Source: Vicinamibacteria bacterium
GTDB taxonomy: Bacteria; Acidobacteriota; Vicinamibacteria; Marinacidobacterales; Marinacidobacteraceae
Reading direction: 5' to 3'
DNA length: 64,000 bases
Assembly: GCA_963422395.1 (NCBI GenBank)
Contig: OY729431.1
Coordinates: 2,272,001-2,336,000 of the forward strand
The notes beneath the pieces were generated by a model. That model searched no databases and was not told where the DNA came from. It saw nothing but the letters and a program-made list of their open reading frames with translations. Numbering within the stretch: the first letter of the stretch is position 1; every line of letters begins with the position of its first letter. The position numbers and the translations under genes are program-made. Positions 57,059 through 64,000 of this stretch are shown piece by piece.

Positions 57059-58052
57059 AGTAGCCGCGGTTCCGGTTAACCACATTCCGGAGCCTTCGCC
57101 CGGCGAAGTGGCGGGCCAGGTTGTCGAGGGCGATGCGGAAGACCTCGGGGACATAGCGCTCGATGTCGTCGGCTCCGACATGCGGGGTGAGGATCAGGTT
57201 CGGGGCATTCCAGAGCGGGCTCTCGGGGGGATGGGGTTCGGGCCAGGCCACATCGAGGAAGGCGCCGCCGAGCCGGCCGCTCTCGAGCGCCGCCGCCAAG
57301 GCCGGCTGGGAGATCAACCGGCCGCGCCCGAGATTCACGACCCCCGCACCTTCGGGAAGGAGGGCGATCTCGCACTCCCCCAGGATTTCGCGCGTGTCGG
57401 GAGTGAGCGGGGCGGCGAGGACCACATAGTCGGCGCGGGGCAGCGCGCGGTGGAGGTCTCCGGGGGCGAACAGCTCGTCCACGAAGCGATGGGGCCTGGC
57501 GGTGCGCCGGACCCCGAGAACGCGCATCCCGAGGGTACGCGCCGCCCGGGCGGCCCCGGTGCCCACCGCGCCGAGGCCGATCACGAGCGCGGTTCTTCCC
57601 GGGAGAGTCCCGGTCTGGACCTTCCGCCACTCCCGCCGCCGCTGGTGTGCGAGGAGCTGCGGCAGCCGGGTGTGGAGCGCTACCAGGCCCATCAGGACAT
57701 ATTCGAAGGATTTGCCGGTGTGGACTCCGCTCGCAGTGAGCAGTTGCACCCCGGGCGGCAGCCAGTCGAGCGGGTAGAGGTGATCCACTCCGGCGCCGAT
57801 GAGCTGGACCCAGCGGAGGTTCGGGGCCCGCGCTCCGAGACCCTCGCGCGGGAATTTCCAGCCGACCAGCACCTCGGCGTCGCGCACGCCCGCGAGGAAA
57901 CCCGCCTCGTCGTCCGAGTAGCTGGGACGCAGGCGGGCGAAGGTCTCCGGGAAGGCGCGGCCGGCCGCTTCGAACCGTTCGCGATCCAAGCGGTAGTAAC
58001 CCCCCTCTCCCGGATCGGTAGCGAAGTGGATGCGGAGGGTTTCTGGAGTCAC
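57057..58052 (-). CDS. D-isomer-specific 2-hydroxyacid dehydrogenase
   Basis: Motifs AGVD, IGLGAVG, PLTP.T, NLGRG, LDV..PEP and LTPHVG. Confidence 0.93.
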   Translation of the reverse strand: MTPETLRIHFATDPGEGGYYRLDRERFEAAGRAFPETFARLRPSYSDDEAGFLAGVRDAEVLVGWKFPREGLGARAPNLRWVQLIGAGVDHLYPLDWLPPGVQLLTASGVHTGKSFEYVLMGLVALHTRLPQLLAHQRRREWRKVQTGTLPGRTALVIGLGAVGTGAARAARTLGMRVLGVRRTARPHRFVDELFAPGDLHRALPRADYVVLAAPLTPDTREILGECEIALLPEGAGVVNLGRGRLISQPALAAALESGRLGGAFLDVAWPEPHPPESPLWNAPNLILTPHVGADDIERYVPEVFRIALDNLARHFAGRRLRNVVNRNRGY

Positions 58053-58121
58053 CGGCTCACCTCACCGGTCCGGAGGCCCGGAAGCGAAGACGCCGGGCCG
58101 GCGATGTCCGGAACGGGTGAG

Positions 58122-58478
58122 CTAGAAGAACGCTTTCTTCTCCACCACATAGATCCGGTGGAACTCTTCGTCGCTCTTCGTCAGGAAGATGATGAACTCG
58201 ACCAGGGCGATCACGCCGGTCGCGATGTTCGGCAGAAATGCCAAGATCCAAGTGAAGAAGAGTCCGACCGTATTCACCAGCAGGAAGATGGCTCCAATGC
58301 CCGGCCGGCCGAGATAGAACTTGTGGGCGCCGAACCACCCGAGGAAGAAAGCGAGGATGGCGGCGGTCGTTCGGTTCGGCGACGCGGATCCTGTCGATCG
58401 GGGTGCGGGCGGCGGTGGAGATGCGGGCGCGGGCGGCGGTGGAGATGCGGGAGGAAGGGGTGGAGTGGAATCGGTCAT
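58122..58478 (-). CDS. TM2 domain-containing membrane protein
   Basis: Motif AAILAFFLGWFGAHKFYLG. Pro-rich N-terminus with a 24-bp duplication. GAGGA RBS. Confidence 0.9.
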   Translation of the reverse strand: MTDSTPPLPPASPPPPAPASPPPPAPRSTGSASPNRTTAAILAFFLGWFGAHKFYLGRPGIGAIFLLVNTVGLFFTWILAFLPNIATGVIALVEFIIFLTKSDEEFHRIYVVEKKAFF

Positions 58479-58603
58479 GGTAGAAGTTTCCTCGTTCCCG
58501 GAGGAGGCGGCGACGGTACCACGGCGGGGACGCCCCGCGCAGCAGACTCCTGACCGGGACAGCGGTCGCGGCGGCCCCGCCGAAACGGAGACAATCCGCT
58601 GCC

Positions 58604-60397
58604 ATGACCCCTCCGAAAAATCCCCCTTCCCACAACCCTCCCTCTCTCCCCGGCCCTTCGCCGGGGCCGGCGCGCCTAGCTTGGAACCGCCGCCGGTTCG
58701 TCGCTGGGCTTTCGGGACTCGGGCTCGGATCCACCCTCCTGCCAGGCACCCTCACCGCCTGCGCCGGCGATTCCGAAACGGTCACGGTAGGCATGTTGCG
58801 CAACGCGCAGCGGCTCGCCGGGCTCGATCTGGGCGACGACGAACTCGCGGCAGTCGCCGAGCGGCTGAACGGTGAACGCAGTTCGATGGACTCCTACCGC
58901 GGCATCCGCGAGCCCGAGATCGAGAACCACTTGCCGCCGTCTTTCGTCTTCCATCCGCTGCCGCCGGGGAAGCCCATGCCGGAGATTCCGGAACCGGCGA
59001 GCGGGCTCCGCTACTCGAAGCCGACGATAGCGCGGCCGGAGTCCGAAACCGACCTGGCGTTCCTTCCGGTGACCCATCTCGCCCGGCTGATCGAATCCCG
59101 CGAGCTCACTTCCAGCGAACTCACCGAGCTGTATCTGGCGCGCCTCCGGGAATTCGATCCCGTCCTGCACTGCGTCGTGAACCTGACCGAGGACCTCGCG
59201 CGCCAGCAGGCGGCGCGCGCCGACGAGGAGATCGCCGCTGGCGGCTACCGCGGCCCGCTGCACGGCATCCCCTGGGGCGCGAAGGATCTGCTCGCCGTCC
59301 GCGGCACGAAGACGACCTGGGGCGCCTCGCCGTACCGCGAGCAGACGATCGATGAGGACTCGACCGTCTATCGCAAGCTGACCGAAGCCGGCGCGGTGCT
59401 CGTCGCCAAGCTCACCATGGGGGCGCTCGCACAAGGGGACCGCTGGTTCGGCGGCCGAACCCGAAACCCCTGGAACACCGAGCAGGGATCGAGCGGCTCT
59501 TCCGCGGGGCCGGGTTCGGCGACCGCGGCCGGCCTCGTCGGATTCTCGATCGGAACCGAGACCCGGGGCTCGATCATCTCACCCTCGACCCGAAACGGGA
59601 TCACCGGGCACCGCCCGACCTTCGGGCGGGTGAGCCGGGCGGGAGCGATGGCGCTCTCCTGGACGATGGACAAGATCGGGCCGATGTGCCGGAGCGCCGA
59701 GGACTGCGCGCTGGTGTTCGAGGCGATCCGCGGCGCGGACGGCCTCGATCGGGCGGTCCACGACCCGCCCTTCGGCTGGGACGCGAGCGCCGACCCGACT
59801 GCGCTCCGGGTGGGATACGACCGGGCAGCGGTGGAAGATGCCATCGAGGACGATCCGGAAAATCCGGAACGAACGGCGGCGGCGCGGACCGCGCAGGCCA
59901 ACACCCGGGCGGCGATCGAAGTACTCCAGGGGATCGGGGTGCGCATCACTCCGTTCGAGCTGCCGGAACTCGGCTGGGAGGACCTCGGCTTCGTACTGAC
60001 CACCGAATCCGCCGCAGCGCACGACGCGCTGACCCGAAGCGGGGCCGACCTCGCGATGAAGCAGCCGCCCGAAGAGAGCCGCTGGCCCGACTCGTTCCGC
60101 CTGCACCGCTTCGTACCGGCAGTGGAGTACATCCAGGCGATGCGGGTGCGCACCCGCATCATGCGGGAGTTCGATGAAGCCCTGGGCGATCTGGACCTGT
60201 TCCTCGGCTCCCGCCTGGGACTCACGAACCTGACCGGACACCCCGAGGTCTCGATGCCGAACGGCTATCACCAAGGCTCGCCGACGAGCCTTCGGATGAC
60301 CGGCAAGCTCTACGGAGATACCGAGATCCTGACCCTCGCCCACGCCTACCAGCAGGCGACGGACTTCCACCTCCGCAAACCGCCGGTGGGCGGCTGA
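58604..60397 (+). CDS. Amidase signature-family enzyme with Tat signal
   Basis: NRRRFV twin-arginine motif. GPLHGIP...KDL, GSSGSSAG and GTETRGSI supply the Lys-Ser-Ser triad. Confidence 0.93.
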   Translation: MTPPKNPPSHNPPSLPGPSPGPARLAWNRRRFVAGLSGLGLGSTLLPGTLTACAGDSETVTVGMLRNAQRLAGLDLGDDELAAVAERLNGERSSMDSYRGIREPEIENHLPPSFVFHPLPPGKPMPEIPEPASGLRYSKPTIARPESETDLAFLPVTHLARLIESRELTSSELTELYLARLREFDPVLHCVVNLTEDLARQQAARADEEIAAGGYRGPLHGIPWGAKDLLAVRGTKTTWGASPYREQTIDEDSTVYRKLTEAGAVLVAKLTMGALAQGDRWFGGRTRNPWNTEQGSSGSSAGPGSATAAGLVGFSIGTETRGSIISPSTRNGITGHRPTFGRVSRAGAMALSWTMDKIGPMCRSAEDCALVFEAIRGADGLDRAVHDPPFGWDASADPTALRVGYDRAAVEDAIEDDPENPERTAAARTAQANTRAAIEVLQGIGVRITPFELPELGWEDLGFVLTTESAAAHDALTRSGADLAMKQPPEESRWPDSFRLHRFVPAVEYIQAMRVRTRIMREFDEALGDLDLFLGSRLGLTNLTGHPEVSMPNGYHQGSPTSLRMTGKLYGDTEILTLAHAYQQATDFHLRKPPVGG

Positions 60398-60482
60398 CCG
60401 CCGCGCCGCGACAGACCGCAAGACCCCCGCAGGAAAGACCCCTAAAGGGGCGAGCCCGAAGGCGAGAGCCGCGATGGAGACG

Positions 60483-60509
60483 GGGGGAGAGCCTGCCAGG
60501 CTCTCCCCC
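60483..60509. terminator. GC-rich hairpin between convergent genes (possible terminator)
   Basis: GGGGGAGAGCCT-gcc-AGGCTCTCCCCC 12-bp stem, with no strong U tract. Confidence 0.5.
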
Positions 60510-60520
60510 TTCCCCGCGTC

Positions 60521-61837
60521 CTACATGTACGCGGTCGGATTCGCGGCGATCCGGCGCACGCCGGCGAGCAGCCGGTCCACTTCGTGGGGCATGTTGTAGA
60601 TGTGGGTGGAGGCGCGCACTGCGTTCAGGTTTCCGGTGCCCATGGTGCGGATGAACACTCGGTCATGGTCAAGGATGGCCTGCTGCACATTCTCCATCGG
60701 CAGGTCGTGGACCGAGAAGAGGGTCAGGCCGGCTGCGAGTTCATCGCTCGAAGAAGTCCACAGCTTCACTCCGGGAATCTCCGCGAGACCCTCGCGGAGA
60801 CGCCGCGAGAGCATCTGCACCCGGGCCTCGATGCGATCCTTGCCGATGACATTCTGGAACTCCACCGACTTCACCATGGCGAAGGCGCTCGGCACATGGC
60901 GCTGGCCGGTGTTCTCGAACTTCCGCGAGTCCTCGTAGAAGCGGCGCTCGCCGTCCTCGCGGTAGGAGCCGGCACCGATGAGCGGCCAGACATCGCCGAT
61001 GGTGTCCCGGCGGATATAGGAGAGACCGGTTCCGGTCCCCGCCATCAGCCACTTCTGGCCCGCGCCGGCGTAGTGGTGGCAACCCGCCGAGTGCATGTCG
61101 AGGGCGATCATCCCGAGGGGATGGGCGCCGTCCACCGAGAGCAGGATGTTCTTTTCGGCGCACAGAGCGGAGAGCTCGCGGATCGGCATGAGGAGACCGG
61201 TGACATAGGTCAAGTGGCTCACCATGATCGCCCGGGTGCGAGGGCCGATCGCCTTCTCGTAGATCGAGACGATCTGCTCGCGGCTCTCCGGCGGGGAGGG
61301 GACATCCACCCACTCGATGACCACTCCGTACCTCTCCTGGGCGTGTATGTAGGGCTCGATCCCGCCGTTGTGCTCATGGGTGCACATCAGCACCTCGTCG
61401 CCCTCACGCCAATCGAGGCCCCGCCCGAAGATGTTCATGCCCTCGGTGGTGCTCCGGGTGTAGGTGACTTCGTCCGGTTCTGCTCCGATGAAGGAAGCCA
61501 GCGTCTGCCGGTGTTCGTGCAGCTCGGCGCGACGGTAACCGTTCGTCGGGTCGGCGGCGATCTCGGCATAGACCCGGGCTTCCTCGTCGGCCACCACCCG
61601 GGGGTTCGGTCCGAGAGTCCCGTTGTTCATGAAGGCCATCCCGTCCACCACATTGAATTGGGAGCGGACCTTCCACCAGTACTCCTCGCCGGGGTTCGTC
61701 GGTGGCACCAGGTCGGTGAGCGGGAGGGGCGGCACCGCGCGCTGGGCCGAGAGAGCGTGCGCCGGGAGAGCAGCCGCACCGAGGGCCGCCGCAGAAGTCC
61801 CGAGAAAGCCGCGGCGGGAGAGTTTCGAAGTCGTCAT
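60521..61837 (-). CDS. Class V PLP-dependent enzyme (isopenicillin N epimerase / cysteine desulfurase-like) with Tat signal
   Basis: SRRGFLG twin-arginine motif. Motifs MNNGTLGP, STTEG, HEH, VDGAH, GQKWL and RASTHIYN. Confidence 0.9.
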   Translation of the reverse strand: MTTSKLSRRGFLGTSAAALGAAALPAHALSAQRAVPPLPLTDLVPPTNPGEEYWWKVRSQFNVVDGMAFMNNGTLGPNPRVVADEEARVYAEIAADPTNGYRRAELHEHRQTLASFIGAEPDEVTYTRSTTEGMNIFGRGLDWREGDEVLMCTHEHNGGIEPYIHAQERYGVVIEWVDVPSPPESREQIVSIYEKAIGPRTRAIMVSHLTYVTGLLMPIRELSALCAEKNILLSVDGAHPLGMIALDMHSAGCHHYAGAGQKWLMAGTGTGLSYIRRDTIGDVWPLIGAGSYREDGERRFYEDSRKFENTGQRHVPSAFAMVKSVEFQNVIGKDRIEARVQMLSRRLREGLAEIPGVKLWTSSSDELAAGLTLFSVHDLPMENVQQAILDHDRVFIRTMGTGNLNAVRASTHIYNMPHEVDRLLAGVRRIAANPTAYM

Positions 61838-61936
61838 GAGAATCCGCTCCAGAGGGAAAGACCGGAAACTATAGGAACCCTTCGGCTCCTTCAACCGAGA
61901 AGCCCGAGCGGCCGAAGCCGAGCCCGGGCGGCGGCG

Positions 61937-63628
61937 TCAGAATCGGGCCGCGGTGAGAACGATGTCGGCGCGGCTCCAGGCGCGGAGGAACCGGCGCTGG
62001 ACCCGCTCGGCCTCGTCGGTCTTCCCTTGTGCGCGCAGCGACTGGAGCAGCCCGAACAGCGACCAGCCGTTCTCCGGCCAGTCGCGCAGATCTTCGCGGA
62101 AGGCCGCCTCGGCGTGGTCGGCGCGGCCGGCTTCGAGGAGCACCGCACCGAGCGCCTGGCGCATCGGCATGTACCAGGGCGGCGGTTCGGTGTAGGCGAG
62201 GTTGTCCTGGATGTGGATCGCTTCCTCGAGCAGGGGAATCGCCTGCTCCGGGTTCTGGTGGCGAGAGATGATGTCGGCCTCGAGCGCAACGGCCGCGAGG
62301 CGCAGCATGTCGCGGGCGGAGACCCGGCCCATGCTGGGAAGGTTCTCGTCGGCGGCGATCTCGGTGATGCGCTGCTGGTGTTCTTCGGCGGCCGTGCGGT
62401 CTCCTGCCGCCGAGCGGGCCAGCCCGCGGGCGTAGTGCCAGATGGCGGTCTCGAAGAGGTATTCGGCGCGGGGTTCGGGCTCGCTTTCGATGTCGTCCCA
62501 GCGGCCGAAGCGGGCCTGGGCGAACAGCGGAATCGAAAGGAAGAGCTGCGAGTAGGACGACTGCTCGATCTGGTTCGGGCTCGTCTGGATCCGCACCTTG
62601 TCGCGGAGCTTGTACGCCTGCTGCAGCGCGACCGCGCTCCGTCCCTCGAACTGCGCCGCCGACCAGGCGAAGTGGACATTGTGCTGGTAGGAACGGACCG
62701 GATAGCGGCCCTCCTGGTCCGGCATTCCGAGGTAGAGCTCGTCCACTGCGGCGGCGTCGAGGTTGAAATCGGCAGCCTCGTCGTAGTTGCCGGTCTGGAT
62801 CAGGATGTGAGAACCCATGTGCACCAGATGGGCGGCACCCGGCATCGTGCGCGGCAGTTCCCGCGCGTAGGGGACCGCCCGGAAGGGGTCGTCGGACGCC
62901 TCGACCCCGTGGATGTAGTAGTGGATGGCGCCCGGGTGCTGGGAGTCCATGGCCAGGGCTCGCTCGAGCTGCCCGACGAGCCATTCCGTTCCCTCACCGA
63001 GCGGCTTGCCCGCGTCGTCCCAGTAGTTCCAGCGGGTGGTGTTCATGTACGAGGCGGCGGCGAGGACCTGCAGATCGAGATCGTCGGGATACGCCTCGGC
63101 GAGGGCACGGGCCTTTTCGTGGTAGGCCTGATCGAGCGGCGCGCGCTCAGCGGCCGGGTCTTCGGCGTAGCGGGCGGCGAGCGCCTCGATCATCGCCTGT
63201 TCCTTTTCGCTCGCGGAATCGGCGAGTTCCCGAGCGCGGCGGATCGCTTCCCAGGCGGTCGCGAGCTGGTCCTCCGGCGGGGCGCCGTTGTTCAGGTAGG
63301 GGCCGTAGGCGAGGGCGCGGCCCCAGTGGGCCATCGGCGAGTCGTCGAGTCGGGCCGCCTCGTCGAAGGATCGCCGCGCTTCCGTCATCCAGAAGGCGTA
63401 CACCAGGCGAAGCCCCTGATCGAAGTACTGCTGGCCGAGTTCCGAAGCGCCGCTCACCGGAAAGTGCACTACCCCGAGCTTGCCGTGGAGGGGCACCGTC
63501 AGGTCGGGAGCCGTCTCCTCGCCGGTCTCCCCGGCAGACCCGGCGAGGCCCGGGGCGGCGAACAGGCCGAGAATCAGCGGAACGGAAAGAAAACGGCGGA
63601 ATCCAGTCATGGGGAAAACCCTCCTCAT
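61937..63628 (-). CDS. Secreted TPR-like protein with conserved His motifs (paralog-like to 22441-24108)
   Basis: Motifs F.QGL...YAF, HPGAIHYYIH, HLVHMGSHI, YTEPPPW and NGWSL.GL. Alternative start at 63610. Confidence 0.87.
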   Translation of the reverse strand: MRRVFPMTGFRRFLSVPLILGLFAAPGLAGSAGETGEETAPDLTVPLHGKLGVVHFPVSGASELGQQYFDQGLRLVYAFWMTEARRSFDEAARLDDSPMAHWGRALAYGPYLNNGAPPEDQLATAWEAIRRARELADSASEKEQAMIEALAARYAEDPAAERAPLDQAYHEKARALAEAYPDDLDLQVLAAASYMNTTRWNYWDDAGKPLGEGTEWLVGQLERALAMDSQHPGAIHYYIHGVEASDDPFRAVPYARELPRTMPGAAHLVHMGSHILIQTGNYDEAADFNLDAAAVDELYLGMPDQEGRYPVRSYQHNVHFAWSAAQFEGRSAVALQQAYKLRDKVRIQTSPNQIEQSSYSQLFLSIPLFAQARFGRWDDIESEPEPRAEYLFETAIWHYARGLARSAAGDRTAAEEHQQRITEIAADENLPSMGRVSARDMLRLAAVALEADIISRHQNPEQAIPLLEEAIHIQDNLAYTEPPPWYMPMRQALGAVLLEAGRADHAEAAFREDLRDWPENGWSLFGLLQSLRAQGKTDEAERVQRRFLRAWSRADIVLTAARF

Positions 63629-63999
63629 TCGGACAGATTGCGGTACAGCACGCGGATGATCGGGTACGCCTGCGCCATGTCCTGCGCCTCGAAGCGGATC
63701 GTATCGGGCGCGGTCCGCTCGATTCCGGGCAGCAGCGCGGCGATTTCCGCAAGATCGGTGCGGGTGTAGCGGATCTCGACCTCGACCGGGGTACCGGGGG
63801 TTTGCGGCGGATCGGGCAGCTCCCGAAGTGCCCGCGCCGCCGCTTCCCGGATGCGGGGCGCGGTCACCTCGGGATGGAGCAGATCGGCGGTGGTGCGCCG
63901 GATGGCCCGCTTCACCGCCACGAATTCGACGCCCTGCCAGCGCTCGCCGAGTTCCCGGACGAACGCTTCGTCACCGGTGGCCAAGGCGACCGGCACTCC
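63625..63999 (-). CDS. M55 family D-aminopeptidase (DppA-like), C-terminal part only
   Basis: GVPVALATGD....E, V.VK.A, HP......I...A..A and PGIER. The gene runs off the window edge. Confidence 0.8.
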   Translation of the reverse strand, partial: GVPVALATGDEAFVRELGERWQGVEFVAVKRAIRRTTADLLHPEVTAPRIREAAARALRELPDPPQTPGTPVEVEIRYTRTDLAEIAALLPGIERTAPDTIRFEAQDMAQAYPIIRVLYRNLSE

Positions 64000-64000
64000 G

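Noticed and set aside
55964-57063. ORFs translated across the 172-bp array (e.g. 56071-57063, 56356-56874)
   Set aside because: The 172-bp period is not a multiple of 3, so the same peptides rotate through frames. They are by-products of a non-coding repeat.
60398-60480. Small tetraloop hairpins (cccc-taaa-gggg, gcc-cgaa-ggc) as a structured RNA
   Set aside because: The stems are only 3-4 bp and there is no second copy or promoter, so the evidence is insufficient.

Overview
A high-GC chromosomal window, densely coding, with about 50 protein genes. Gene content suggests an Acidobacteriota genome (inference from the Oar-type TonB-dependent receptor, DUF1552/DUF1592, CRTAC1, multiheme-TPR and many exported enzymes). 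It opens with housekeeping genes: an AMIN-domain amidase, tRNA-Phe(GAA), recA, 3-hydroxyacyl-CoA dehydrogenase, thiolase and DciA/DUF721. Then come a Tat-exported xanthine-dehydrogenase-family molybdoenzyme cluster with uncharacterised accessory genes, a DUF1592-DUF1552-ankyrin operon, lysine 6-aminotransferase, a TRAP transporter, a TonB receptor/7-heme cytochrome-TPR/CRTAC1 locus, and many amino-acid/amide catabolic enzymes, several with export signals. I found no integrase, transposase, cas gene or CRISPR array. The most unusual signals are non-coding. (i) A family of highly structured intergenic elements occurs as a solo copy (~10061-10230), a 5x172-bp tandem array (56212-57058) and, more distantly, within a 2.3x~294-bp array (47700-48388). 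(ii) An identical 15-bp motif running into the -10 box lies exactly 57 nt upstream of two start codons in the molybdoenzyme cluster. (iii) A near-consensus promoter precedes a ~200-nt structured region containing a 21-codon ORF. (iv) Three genes appear to start at CTG and at least five appear leaderless. All family assignments come from motif recognition by eye; no database searches were run.
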